DNA of 63,906 nucleotides from a virus (IMGVR_UViG_3300037325_000356:1-63906), one strand, 5' to 3'; counted from the stretch's first letter, positions 1 to 9,580 are shown. The notes: generated by a model from the letters alone, not told the origin. Translations and numbers: made by a program.

Positions 1-8
1 TTCTAGTT

Positions 9-129
9 GTAGAGTTTGTCGTTTCTACCTTCTTACTATTAGTAAGAGATCTAAACGACAGACACAGCAACTAGAACTCGCTTCTAGTCAGTATTTTACC
101 TGACTCTAGTATTGGGGACTTTGGGCAAG
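9..129 (+). repeat. Terminal direct overlap with 63786-63906; also partial hairpin element copy 1
   Basis: 121 nt are identical to the window end. The overlap lies inside the multicopy element, so circularity is likely but not proven. Confidence 0.85.
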
Positions 130-171
130 AAAAAACCCGCGCGGGGCGGGTTTATTACGGGCGATCGACCG

Positions 172-840
172 TTAAATCTTGAAATCTATAACTTCATAGA
201 AAAATGATTCTATGCAATTCGCTACGGCATCACAAGGTTTCTCACCACGGCTGATCCGCACAGCCGCCGATTCCTGTACCGCACTGATCCGCCGTAAAGC
301 TTTACGCCCAAAACTGTCGCGGGTTAAAGCTACTGGGTTCCCTAGCTCTTCCTTTATCTGCTTTGCTGTCTTTCCAAACAATCCCCTGTTGATAGCGTCA
401 ATAGGTGTCGAATAGTGGAAAAACGAGATCTCCTTACCCGCAGCCTCGCGACTTTGTTTGATAGCTGATGTGAACTCCCAAAACAGCTCCTTAACCGCAA
501 GGCGATCCACTATCCAAGCTTGACGCTCTTCTAGTCCTAACTCGATCCCTAATTGTTCAAAGGCGATTGACCGGATTGAATCCCCAAAACCCGCAGCTAA
601 TATTTTGGCAACTTCTATATTTTGGTTAACCGATGATTCCCATGTGGCGATCGCTAGAAAATCTTCCAGTGAAATTAAAGCAACTTTGGGAGTGCCATCA
701 GTTTTTTTATTGACAATGATTCCGGTAAATTTGCCGATAACTAAATCCTTGCCCAGAAAGGCTTTGAGCGATTTAGAGGCGATTTTTTTCCGATAACTGT
801 CTGCCCTGTAATTGAGAATGACTTCTGGGGACTCATGCAC
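172..840 (-). CDS. Antirepressor-like DNA-binding protein, possibly 5'-truncated
   Basis: C-terminus (FTSAIK...DAINRGLFGKTAKQI) resembles 6008-6724 and 62555-63304. It lacks the usual N-terminal part and has no ATG start. Confidence 0.55.
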   Translation of the reverse strand: MHESPEVILNYRADSYRKKIASKSLKAFLGKDLVIGKFTGIIVNKKTDGTPKVALISLEDFLAIATWESSVNQNIEVAKILAAGFGDSIRSIAFEQLGIELGLEERQAWIVDRLAVKELFWEFTSAIKQSREAAGKEISFFHYSTPIDAINRGLFGKTAKQIKEELGNPVALTRDSFGRKALRRISAVQESAAVRISRGEKPCDAVANCIESFFYEVIDFKI

Positions 841-907
841 CGGAAGTTTACGCTTTGCGGTGCTTTCTATCTAAGAAAAAACCCGCGCGGGGCGGGTTAG
901 GTGCTGT

Positions 908-1630
908 CTATTTGGTGGATGTTGAGTCTATAAGGGCGATCGTCTCATCGTGATTTTTCCCTGACGATCGCAGCATATGATAGCTGTAATAAGTGCGATT
1001 CAATTGCTCCATTAGTGCATAGTCATCTGGGTTGTAATCGTCAATATGTTTTAAAGACAATCCTGCCGCTGTCTTCAATTTGTTAACCTCAGCCCCGTAG
1101 TTGACGGTAATCGAGAGTTTGTCGCCGTCTTCTTTTAGCCAGTCGGTGAACATATCACGAAACTGTTGCCGATGAGTTTGACGCGCGACAATCACACGCT
1201 GGCGGTCTTCTTTCTCACGTTTGATGTTGAAAGCATCCGCCCAAAGCTGATCTATTGCGACACCAATTAGGTCGTCACAGGTATCTGTTGCCGATTCATA
1301 CCCGGCTTTGTCCAACACTCTCAATATGCGCTGGAAGTCGATCAAGTTTACTGCTAAAGTTTTGTTTTTGTTAAATTCGGTCTTACAATCAAAAAAGACT
1401 ACTTGGGGGGTCTTGGAACCCTTAGCTAGTAATCGTTTCAAGGTTTGAGCCGTGTAATTTTGTGTGTCTTGATTCAACCAGTTGATGCCTATTTGGGGAA
1501 CGCCGATCGCGAAACTCCCATCATCTTCTAGCATCAAACCTTCAAACCCTAAATTCCCGATACTGACTGTGGCGATCGTAGCTTTGCGTGTTATAGCCTT
1601 GCCGTTAAAATCGTGTGGTATGATAGCCAT
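908..1630 (-). CDS. Antirepressor-like DNA-binding protein
   Basis: N-terminus RKATIATVSIGNLGFEGLMLEDDGSFAI is paralogous to 6008-6724; it is preceded by the conserved leader. Confidence 0.65.
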   Translation of the reverse strand: MAIIPHDFNGKAITRKATIATVSIGNLGFEGLMLEDDGSFAIGVPQIGINWLNQDTQNYTAQTLKRLLAKGSKTPQVVFFDCKTEFNKNKTLAVNLIDFQRILRVLDKAGYESATDTCDDLIGVAIDQLWADAFNIKREKEDRQRVIVARQTHRQQFRDMFTDWLKEDGDKLSITVNYGAEVNKLKTAAGLSLKHIDDYNPDDYALMEQLNRTYYSYHMLRSSGKNHDETIALIDSTSTK

Positions 1631-1652
1631 AGTTGCCTTGTTTGATAAGGGG

Positions 1653-1740
1653 ACTCAATGCACCGGAAATTCAAGTTTCGCGGTGCTTTTTCTATTGTAG
1701 CATAATGGCAAAGGTTTGCACTAAAATGCGGTGACGATCG
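1653..1740 (-). promoter_or_regulatory. Conserved promoter plus hairpin leader (also 831-868 partial, 6748-6830, 63327-63405)
   Basis: Minus strand reads ATGCTACAAT (extended -10) then GCACCGCGAAAC...TTCCGGTGC; near-identical upstream of four related genes. Confidence 0.7.
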
Positions 1741-1885
1741 CGCCCTGAGACTCCATTTTGTAGGAGCCTTGCACGGTTGTGAAACCCGCTCCCAGTATAT
1801 CTTCTAAGCCTTTTGGGAGCCTTTTCGACCGGGTGGTAGATTCGTTCAATCCGATGCTTTCTGCAAGCCCTGCACCTGAGAGAGA
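1735..1885 (-). pseudogene. Silent variant segment of the 62555-63304 gene family
   Basis: Translates LSGAGLAESIGLNESTTRSKRLPKGLEDILGAGFTTVQGSYKMES; no start codon. Confidence 0.8.
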
Positions 1886-1889
1886 ATTG

Positions 1890-2375
1890 TTAAGGACTTG
1901 TTAAGTTTGTGACAAAAAAGCTAGGGGCGGGCGGCGTAATAGGTGACATCAGAATCGTATCAATACCCGGTAAAGTGTCATCGTCTGGGAAGTCGAAAGC
2001 ATAGGGAGAAATAGAGGCTTTATATTCAATTTTTGCCAGCCATCGAGTATCCTGTACCATTAACTGCCATTCCATATTTGTTAATACGCCCGCGGCATAA
2101 TCAGGTAGGAATAAATGCAACAATCCCCACACACGCTCGACAACAGGGAAACAAGCCGTAGCAGTCTTAACCCTACTCGGTAATAGTACGTTTACTTCTA
2201 TTGAGACTGAGTTAATATTGCCGCCATTTATGAACACTACGACATCACCCGCAGTCTCTTGTTTCATTCTTTCTGTGTCATCGGGTAAACCTCGCACCAA
2301 CACGCCGCCCGGTTGAAGCAACTCTCGCACTGGTTGCAGTTTGTTTAAAATACTCAACTCTATTTCTTTCAGCAT
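1890..2375 (-). CDS. Putative tail completion/terminator protein (Gp37-like)
   Basis: Size and the MLKEIELSILNKL N-terminus resemble Mu Gp37-type proteins; tentative. Confidence 0.4.
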   Translation of the reverse strand: MLKEIELSILNKLQPVRELLQPGGVLVRGLPDDTERMKQETAGDVVVFINGGNINSVSIEVNVLLPSRVKTATACFPVVERVWGLLHLFLPDYAAGVLTNMEWQLMVQDTRWLAKIEYKASISPYAFDFPDDDTLPGIDTILMSPITPPAPSFFVTNLTSP

Positions 2376-2547
2376 ATTTTTAAAAGATTGTCTGACTTGA
2401 TTGTAGTGGCTAGCCTGTCTCAAAGCAGCATTATTTGAGGTATTAAAGCCCTGCTATACTCTGTTCTTTGGGTTTTCCCGTACAGCACCTTCAGACGGCT
2501 TTAAAACCCCATAGAGTTCCTTCCGATCGCCGGGCACGTCATTCTTC

Positions 2548-2693
2548 AGAAGCGAGGTTAGAAGTCCTTCACACTTACTGTAGAGTCTGTCGTTTGAATA
2601 GTCTTACTATTAGTAAGAGATCCAAACGACAGACACATCAGGTAGGACTCGCTTCTATTCTACCTTTTACCTGACTCAATACATGAGTCAGGT
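2548..2693 (+). repeat. Hairpin element copy 2 with tail
   Basis: AGAAGCGAG...GTCTGTCGTTT...CTTACTATTAGTAAG...AAACGACAGAC...CTCGCTTCT, then CCTGACTC-AATACAT-GAGTCAGG. Confidence 0.95.
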
Positions 2694-2761
2694 TTTGGTA
2701 AAATTGAAGGGAAAAAGTGCCACCCGCCCGGTAGGTTCCAGCCGCCCGATCGGGAGCATCG

Positions 2762-3085
2762 AGCGTTCAGACAACCGTTCAGCCGTGTTCAGCCGTGAAC
2801 GCATCTGAACGGTTACAGGGAGGGGCGTTCAGGCGTTCAGACGAGCGTTCAGAAAATTTAATGAGAGGCTTTTAGAGGCGTTCAGACACTCTGAACGACT
2901 GAATAATCGAACACCGTGCGATCGGTTCTAACTGGCACAGTGCGCGACGTTCAGACGTTCAGACAAGAGTTCAGCCGTGTTCAGCCGTGAACGCATCTAA
3001 ACGGTACAGTGCGCGAGGTTCAGGCGTTCAGACAAGCGTTCAGACTAGCGTTCAATACTCTGAACGCCTGAATAATCGAATTCAA
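2762..3085 (+). repeat. GCGTTCAG/CTGAACG array A
   Basis: Dense CGTTCAG units at about 7-13 nt spacing; homologous to arrays B-D. Confidence 0.9.
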
Positions 3086-3136
3086 CCCACCCGATCGGTT
3101 CGATACGCACACCCTTTGTGTCAATGGTTTGTATTC

Positions 3137-3285
3137 AGAAGCGAGGTTAGAAGTCCTCACCGTTACTGTAGAGTCTGTATTTTAATTTGTCTTACTATTA
3201 GTAAGAGATCCAAACGACAAGCACAGCAGGTAGAACTCGCTTCTAGTCTCCCTTTTACCTGACTCAATACATGAGTCAGGTTTTG
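3137..3285 (+). repeat. Hairpin element copy 3
   Basis: Same nested palindrome and tail. Confidence 0.95.
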
Positions 3286-3359
3286 GTAAAATCGAAGGGA
3301 AAAAGTGCCACCCGCCCGGTAAGTTAATCTTTGAGAATACCGTTTAAACCAGGAAATAA

Positions 3360-3758
3360 ATGTTTGAGAATGCAGAGACAGCATTAGCCACGGCTAAACG
3401 CTGGGGAAATATTACAGATCCGGCGTTCGATCCTGACTTAATATTGCTCCTAGCCGCATCAAAAGCTATCGAAAGTTTCCGCCCTTTTGCGGTGGCGGCG
3501 TTCTGGATTGCAACAGGTGCTACCACTACCAGAGGTTTACTTTATGAGGCGACAGGTGAAGCTAAATTTTTAAAACCGGAAGAGTTAGATCAACTAATTC
3601 TGCGGCTGTTAGCGCTCCAAGAGGGATTTGATTCTAACTTAACAGGCATTCCCGGTGGGTGGGATCTAACAGGATTGAAAGCGACATTGTGCAAAGGCTG
3701 CACGTCTGAAGAATCGATCAATCCTATCCCTTTTAGTTATGGGTTGCTGACTATTTAA
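3360..3758 (+). CDS. Hypothetical protein, possible head-tail adaptor
   Basis: Clean 132-aa ORF followed by a terminator; function guessed from size and helical character. Confidence 0.45.
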   Translation: MFENAETALATAKRWGNITDPAFDPDLILLLAASKAIESFRPFAVAAFWIATGATTTRGLLYEATGEAKFLKPEELDQLILRLLALQEGFDSNLTGIPGGWDLTGLKATLCKGCTSEESINPIPFSYGLLTI

Positions 3759-3766
3759 TTCCACAC

Positions 3767-3795
3767 AAAACCCGCTAATTTTTATTAGCGGGTTC
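3767..3795. terminator. Bidirectional intrinsic terminator
   Basis: AACCCGCTAAT...ATTAGCGGGTT between convergent genes. Related A-tract/CCCG...CGGG hairpins recur near 130, 875, 5960, 9595, 12886, 15680, 21454, 22507, 25975, 26800, 28456, 35415, 45305, 60705 and 62510. Confidence 0.8.
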
Positions 3796-3813
3796 TGTGT
3801 TTCAGATCTTCGA

Positions 3814-4176
3814 TCAATACCCTACAAAATAGGCATCATCTTCTGGATCTATGTCGTCATCATCATCATCAAATAGATCGTCATCATCACCAAATAGATC
3901 GTCATCATCACCAAATAGATCGTCAGTTTCTGCTAAAAGATCGTCATCATCACCAAGTAAGTCGTCATCATCTTCAAGTAATTCGTCATCATCTTCAAGT
4001 AATTCGTCATCATCTTCAAGTAAGTCGTCATCGGACTCGGACTCGTCACCAAAAAGATCGTCGTCATTGTCATTAAATAAAGATTGCAATTCTTCTTGTT
4101 CTTGCACTTCATCCAGAACCCATAAAGCATAACTGTTTTTATCCGCAGTTTTTTCGATCTTGCTATTTTTAGGCAT
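3814..4176 (-). CDS. Extremely acidic heptad-repeat protein (DDDDLFG/EDDDELL)
   Basis: GA-rich leader and ATG start; 21-bp tandem repeats at about 3850-4070. Confidence 0.7.
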   Translation of the reverse strand: MPKNSKIEKTADKNSYALWVLDEVQEQEELQSLFNDNDDDLFGDESESDDDLLEDDDELLEDDDELLEDDDDLLGDDDDLLAETDDLFGDDDDLFGDDDDLFDDDDDDIDPEDDAYFVGY

Positions 4177-4222
4177 TGTCTTTCTCTCTCTCTCTCTGTT
4201 TTTTTACCGGTACTTGATTGTC

Positions 4223-4555
4223 TCAGCTATTAATCAGCAGCGATCTAATTTGCTGACAAACCCAGATATAAACTTCCACATTGCACCACATCGCAAAGTC
4301 GATCGCTACATCTTTATTTCCCCAAATCCCCCGCTCTTCTGGGGTTCCATGCCGTACCACTTCCATTACAGGATCACCCGTCACAGTTGAAAGCACAAAT
4401 AGGGAATCGCACTTGTCTTTGAGTCTTGGATAACTGTCTGCTTTTTTACCTACCGCTTCTGCTAAATCCGACAAGCTCACCCACAAATCACCATCTCGGT
4501 TATCAAATCGAATCGCATTCGTACCATTAAGTTTTAAAAACGTTAAATCAGACAT
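4223..4555 (-). CDS. KilA-N domain protein
   Basis: WVSLSDLA...GIWGNKDVAIDFAMWCN; TTGACA promoter at 4613-4618. Confidence 0.8.
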   Translation of the reverse strand: MSDLTFLKLNGTNAIRFDNRDGDLWVSLSDLAEAVGKKADSYPRLKDKCDSLFVLSTVTGDPVMEVVRHGTPEERGIWGNKDVAIDFAMWCNVEVYIWVCQQIRSLLINS

Positions 4556-4680
4556 TTTTTGCTCTCTCTCTTGTTTTCCTGTTTCTTTAAGCTATCACAC
4601 CGCAATAGTTGATGTCAATGGTTTGTGCAAGTTAATTTTAAGAAACCCTACACGGCTGGCAATGTATAGGTTTCAGAAAT

Positions 4681-5502
4681 CTAACCAACTACAGAAGACA
4701 ACAGGATAATGTCATCAGGTAGGACTTGCGGTGCTGTTGCCCAATCGGTTGAGGCAATAATGAGATTAGAAGCGGGTAATGTCAGATTAGCTTCATAGAC
4801 ACCGCTAACAGCTTGCAAGGCTCCTATTATCTGCTTAACGACAACATCTTTTCCCATACTTGCTCCGACGCTCTGAATGTACGTGTTAAGTGCCGCAGCG
4901 CACCGTTCTTTGATCGTGTTTATATCAGCCGTTGAATAAGTAGTAATTGTTGCGGCTATCTGAAAATTGATAATTGTGGGAGCTTCTACAGTAAAAACTA
5001 CCAATGTTGGCTTCACTTTGGGATCTGTCAATGCTGCTAGAACTGTTGCTATCAAACCAGCGGACGGTAAACCAGTCTTAGTTATAAATTTCACCGAGAC
5101 GGACGGTGCTACTGTCAAAATAACAGCAACATCGGTAATACTTGGATCAACTCGTTTTACTATTGTTTCAATTTGCTCTTTAGTGCCCGCTGTTGTAAAG
5201 GCTGATGGAGCACTCATTACTCGCAGTCTATAATCATCGTCTGTCTCATTTAACCGTCGGGAAAGACCAAATAACACGCCGATTTCGTCTAGTCTTTCCC
5301 CTAGCGCAAAGTTGATCAATCCGCCTTCAGCCGATCGCTGGATTGATCCGTTTTGCAATCCTGACAGAAATGCTATAACCTCTAACATTATATTTTCTGG
5401 GGTTCCCACAGCGGCGGGTTCATTCCCCAAGTCTTCCCACTTCTGGAATGCTGCTGTCCGTAGTGATGCTGCCGTCTGTCCTGTTAAATTTGGTGCTACC
5501 AT
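4681..5502 (-). CDS. Baseplate J/gp47 family protein
   Basis: ALGERLDEIG...RRLNETDDDYRLR...FTTAGT motif typical of P2 gpJ. Confidence 0.9.
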   Translation of the reverse strand: MVAPNLTGQTAASLRTAAFQKWEDLGNEPAAVGTPENIMLEVIAFLSGLQNGSIQRSAEGGLINFALGERLDEIGVLFGLSRRLNETDDDYRLRVMSAPSAFTTAGTKEQIETIVKRVDPSITDVAVILTVAPSVSVKFITKTGLPSAGLIATVLAALTDPKVKPTLVVFTVEAPTIINFQIAATITTYSTADINTIKERCAAALNTYIQSVGASMGKDVVVKQIIGALQAVSGVYEANLTLPASNLIIASTDWATAPQVLPDDIILLSSVVG

Positions 5503-5661
5503 CTGTTCTCTTCTGACTTTGTTGCCTCTTATCATAGCCTTAAGGCCACATCGCAACCTCAAAACGTAGGTTTTCCCCGACAGCACCTTCAGACGGCTTT
5601 AACCGGGAAAATGAGTCTTAATCTCTCACCGATCGCCCCGCCCGGTGCACCGTCAATTTTT

Positions 5662-5810
5662 AGAAGCGAGTTCACAATTCCTTCACCTTTACTGTAGAGT
5701 CTGTCGTTTAAGTTGTCTTACTATTAGTAAGAGATCCAAACGACAAGCCCATCAGGTAGCACTCGCCTCTAGTCTCCCTTTTACCTGACTCAATACATGA
5801 GTCAGGTTTT
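5662..5810 (+). repeat. Hairpin element copy 4
   Basis: Same nested palindrome and tail. Confidence 0.95.
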
Positions 5811-5824
5811 GGTAAAATCGAAGG

Positions 5825-5952
5825 CGTGATCGCTCTGAGACTGACGGCAAGAGAGAAAAGTTGGTAGACCTTGACAAGCTTTTTCCACGATCCATTTATG
5901 TGCATAGCGTGATTGTAATGAAGAAGCTAGCCCGATCGCCCGTTGGGAGCCC
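5825..5952 (+). repeat. Linker repeat L2 (second copy 21079-21207)
   Basis: About 128 bp, near-identical, and both copies follow an element. Confidence 0.9.
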
Positions 5953-6007
5953 AAAAAAGAAACCCGCGCGGGGCGGGTTCATTGCGGGCGATCGGGGCGG
6001 GTAGAAA

Positions 6008-6724
6008 TTAAGAGTAAAAGTCGATCGCGTCAGTGACTGCTAACAGCGGTTCCAGCCCTCTGTCTATCAACCTCACGGCGTGACCTTCAATTCTGTCTAT
6101 CAACACCAAAGATGCGGCACTATGGGTACTTCTCAGTTCATTTCTGTCGCACGATCGCTCTGCACAAAGTTTGGCTGCTGTTTTCCCGAATAGCGATCGG
6201 TTGATTTTGTCTGAGCAATTCGAGTACACGAACTTTCGGTAATTCTCCGAGACTTCATTTTGCTTGCCCAAATATTCCTTTATTGCGTCGGTCAAAGTGC
6301 GACGGGTAATTTTCCCGGCTAGTCGGGCGGTTAGATATTCTTGCCGATTGTGCTTGTCAAATTCAATCCCAAATGCGTCTGAGAATAACTGGGTGAGTGC
6401 TAGTCCGACTAATGCAAGGTTTAACTCAAGAGCTTTTTTGTTTCCCCTTGAGGACAAAACTACAATGACTTTCTCAAACTCCAAAAGTGTAACACAGTTG
6501 ACAGCCTTTGGGTTCAATGTAGTACGCGCTTTGGATAACTGGAAATCCTCACCCAGTATAGCTTTGATGTCTCTTGATGCGTGAACTTTGGATAACTGGA
6601 ATATACTACAAATCTGTGAAACTGCTACCGCATATTCCCCATTATCCTCAAACCTGAGACCTTCTATTTCCAAAGTTCCCATTTTGACGATCGCGATCGT
6701 AGCTTTGCGTGTTAGAATACTCAT
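6008..6724 (-). CDS. Antirepressor-like DNA-binding protein
   Basis: N-terminus is like 908-1630; the C-terminal ~105 aa are nearly identical to 62555-63304. Confidence 0.7.
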   Translation of the reverse strand: MSILTRKATIAIVKMGTLEIEGLRFEDNGEYAVAVSQICSIFQLSKVHASRDIKAILGEDFQLSKARTTLNPKAVNCVTLLEFEKVIVVLSSRGNKKALELNLALVGLALTQLFSDAFGIEFDKHNRQEYLTARLAGKITRRTLTDAIKEYLGKQNEVSENYRKFVYSNCSDKINRSLFGKTAAKLCAERSCDRNELRSTHSAASLVLIDRIEGHAVRLIDRGLEPLLAVTDAIDFYS

Positions 6725-6827
6725 TAGTTGACCTGCTTTTTAGGTTTACTCATGCACCGGAAATTCGAGTTTCGCGGTGCTTTTCTATTGTAGCATAATA
6801 TCAAAGGTTTGCACTAAAATGCGGTGA

Positions 6828-7320
6828 CGCTCAAACTCCACAAGTGTAACACAGTTGACAGCCTTTGGGTGCAATGTAGTACGCGCTTTGAGGAATTGGA
6901 AACCCGCTCCTAGTATAGCCTTGAGGTCTCTTGATGCGTTCTTTATGAGGAACGAGAATATACTACAAATCTGTGAAACTGCTATCGCATAGTTCTGCCT
7001 TGTACCTTTATTGCGATCGGTTGTCACTCGACATAACTGAAAACCCGCACCCAATATACCTTTCAGCCATTTTGGTGCCCTAATTGGTATAACTGAAAAC
7101 AGCGTCGCGACTTGCTGTTGTGCCCTTCTACCGCTTCTCTGTTTGTCTTGTCTTGATTAAGCCAGAATCCTCTGCCAGTATAACTTTGATGTCTCTTTTG
7201 ACTTGATTAGTGATTAAGCCAAAAAGGCTAGCGACTTGCTGTTGTGCGATCGCATATTCCCCATTGTCATCAAATCGGAGACCTTCAAACTCAAAACTCC
7301 CGATACTGACTGTGATGCGT
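6828..7320 (-). pseudogene. Tandem array of three silent variant segments of the 6008-6724 N-domain
   Basis: Translations: AIAQQQVASLFGLITNQVKRDIKVILAEDSGLIKTR / AQQQVATLFSVIPIRAPKWLKGILGAGFQLCRVTT / AIAVSQICSIFSFLIKNASRDLKAILGAGFQFLKARTTLHPKAVNCVTLVEFE. Confidence 0.85.
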
Positions 7321-7375
7321 TTCTCGACAAAAAAAATCCCCCCAAAGTTGGAGAGATAGCCGAATATTAAATCGA

Positions 7376-7606
7376 TTAGTCGCTTAATAGTTTGGTCGTT
7401 TGGTCGTTTGGTCGTTTGTTCACCAGTGCTAACTGTTCGCCTTTGCTTAATTCCTCAAATTGCACAACTATGGGCTTGTATGTATCCGCGCTGGTAATTT
7501 CTACTTCCCCGTCGCTAAACCAGCGATAAACCGTTTCTGTGTTGCCTAGCAGAAAGGTGGAATATCGAGATAAAAGTTTAGGAGATTCTTTCGTTTGACT
7601 TTGCAT
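7376..7606 (-). CDS. Hypothetical protein
   Basis: Co-oriented small ORF in an operon-like run. Confidence 0.5.
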   Translation of the reverse strand: MQSQTKESPKLLSRYSTFLLGNTETVYRWFSDGEVEITSADTYKPIVVQFEELSKGEQLALVNKRPNDQTTKLLSD

Positions 7607-7611
7607 TTCAA

Positions 7612-7917
7612 TCAATCCTCTAAACTTAAAAAAGTGGCTATTGATGGTTTTGGTTCCGGTTGTGAATAGGTAGACCAATTCCAACCTGGAGGCGTACCGG
7701 GATCTGGATGGTTAGGATCGTCTGAATCGGTGACATCAAAACTGATCAAAAATGTCGGATGTCCTCTCTCGTTTTCGCCTAACTCCGACAGCAACTGTCC
7801 ATCGGTGGTGAATGGCAAAATGTCCTTTTCAGCAAACCCGTAACCAGAGTTAGGCTCTGTTTGTGTTAGGATCAGTAGAACACGCCCCGTCTCGTTTTTC
7901 GTTGTGTTTGGATTCAT
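7612..7917 (-). CDS. Hypothetical protein
   Basis: Co-oriented small ORF. Confidence 0.55.
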   Translation of the reverse strand: MNPNTTKNETGRVLLILTQTEPNSGYGFAEKDILPFTTDGQLLSELGENERGHPTFLISFDVTDSDDPNHPDPGTPPGWNWSTYSQPEPKPSIATFLSLED

Positions 7918-7987
7918 TGTTTTTTCTAGTTTCAGATACATTTTACCCGTTGAAGGAAAGGGGAATAGATCCCCTTTCTACTATCGA

Positions 7988-9067
7988 TTAGAAGGGCATA
8001 TCGGTAAAATCAGCCTCTAACTTTGCAGGCGCTTCTACCGCAAGTTCGGGTGAAGGAGAGCCACTACCACTAATAGCTCGTTGTGGAGGTACAGCAGCCG
8101 ATCGCAAGGTTTCAGGCCGTCTATGCTCATCAATCATTTGGATTGAGGCTTTGACGGTGAAATGCGAATTATATGGTCGGATATCGCCTATCAATAATAT
8201 CAACCGCCGACCTTTAAAGACAGAACCAAGCTTGTTAAAACAGTTGGTCAAATCTTTGTTGGTCGTATAACTCCCCTCCATGTCAACACCGTTAGCGTCT
8301 TGCAGCCATAGCTCCCAATTCGGGGGGAATTTGGCATTCTCAGGTTGTTTAATCTTGGCATAATCGCGAACATACCAGAAGCTATTCTCTCCCAATATGT
8401 GCAGTTTCTTTCGATTGTTTGTGGAGCCTAGCACCTGCAAAAGTAAATCAGAAACCGCTTGAACACCTGCCTTTTCTTGCGGTGTAGCTCCGACAGTTTC
8501 GAGTAAATGCTCGATCAATTCCTTGCTGACTGTGATGTTGTCATCACCTAAAATCTCTGCGATAACCTCGCGACGTTTTTTGATCAGTGGAACTTCGTAT
8601 ATGACCTTGACAGCAGGATTGTTTGGAGTGAACGCGATAGAGACAGAGACAGAGGTACTCTCATCTGAATTCTGATAAATCTTCTCGATCAACCGTCCGG
8701 TAATGTTTCCTACTTTGAAAGTTTTAGCGACAACATTAAATTCGAGTTCGTATTTGTTATCACCGCTTACAAGCCATAACGACTTATCGCCTCCCATGAT
8801 TCCCGGTGCATAAACTGCCGTAACCATATCCCCTTGGACTTTCACCCTGAGCAATGAAGTCTCATCTACTTTTCCGTCATCGCCAGCAGCCTCTAGTAAG
8901 AAGCTGTAAAGATCCGCTCCCTCGTTAATATCCCCCAAACAGAGAGCGTCTGCATGGACTGGATGCCAACCGTCCGCCGGGTACTGTCGAATCGTACACG
9001 AGGGAAACATTGAACCTGCAAATACAATTGTCTTAGTAGGAATGAAGCCATTGCCTTTGATTGCCAT
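7988..9067 (-). CDS. Putative ssDNA-binding or annealing protein
   Basis: Ends in a flexible linker plus EADFTDMPF, like the SSB acidic DxPF tail; TTGACA promoter near 9178. Confidence 0.5.
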   Translation of the reverse strand: MAIKGNGFIPTKTIVFAGSMFPSCTIRQYPADGWHPVHADALCLGDINEGADLYSFLLEAAGDDGKVDETSLLRVKVQGDMVTAVYAPGIMGGDKSLWLVSGDNKYELEFNVVAKTFKVGNITGRLIEKIYQNSDESTSVSVSIAFTPNNPAVKVIYEVPLIKKRREVIAEILGDDNITVSKELIEHLLETVGATPQEKAGVQAVSDLLLQVLGSTNNRKKLHILGENSFWYVRDYAKIKQPENAKFPPNWELWLQDANGVDMEGSYTTNKDLTNCFNKLGSVFKGRRLILLIGDIRPYNSHFTVKASIQMIDEHRRPETLRSAAVPPQRAISGSGSPSPELAVEAPAKLEADFTDMPF

Positions 9068-9329
9068 GATATGTCCTGTTCTTTTCTTCTGGGTGATCTG
9101 TTTTTTCTTGCTGGTTTTGCAGTGCTCATCAAATGGGTTTTTTGTGTCTTTCTCAACCATGTATACATACTAACTGATGTCAACCCTATCTGTCAAGGGT
9201 TTCTATAAAGTATTTTTGAAAAAGGCTGGAAGTGCTGCGGGGTATAGATGTGGGTAACAAATTGGGTGCCAGGCGATCGCTATCGGAGTATAGAGATGCC
9301 TATCGCCGGGCCCGATCGGTCAAGACAGA

Positions 9330-9439
9330 CTCATCTAGCATTATTTTAGAGCTTGGTTAACTGCCTATTAACTGTCTGGCAGTCAAACATTTTTACTACA
9401 ATCGTACTATGCACATAGCTAGAACCTAGCAAAAATGCT
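9330..9439 (+). repeat. Linker repeat L1 (also 60450-60549; partial 29796-29863 and 63685-63753)
   Basis: TGTCTGGCAGTCAAACATTTT...CCTAGCAAAAATGCT always abuts the left end of an element. Confidence 0.9.
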
Positions 9440-9580
9440 AGAAGCGAGTTCACAATTCCTTCACCTTTACTGTAGAGTCTGTCGTTTAAGTTGTCTTACT
9501 ATTAGTAAGAGATCCGAACGACAGACACATCAATTAGAACTCGCTTCTAGCATACCTTTTACCTGACTCTAGTATTGAGG
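9440..9580 (+). repeat. Hairpin element copy 5
   Basis: Same nested palindrome. Confidence 0.95.

Noticed and set aside
32-46. Core CTTACTATTAGTAAG as a LexA or NtcA box
   Set aside because: Half-sites and spacing do not fit the cyanobacterial RGTAC-N3-DGTWC or GTA-N8-TAC consensus.
3851-4132. Poly-Ser ORF (+) and Met-rich ORF (-)
   Set aside because: Alternative frames of the Asp-rich repeat gene, which has the proper leader.
6008-7320. Diversity-generating retroelement (TR/VR pair)
   Set aside because: No reverse transcriptase was recognised and the differences are not adenine-specific.
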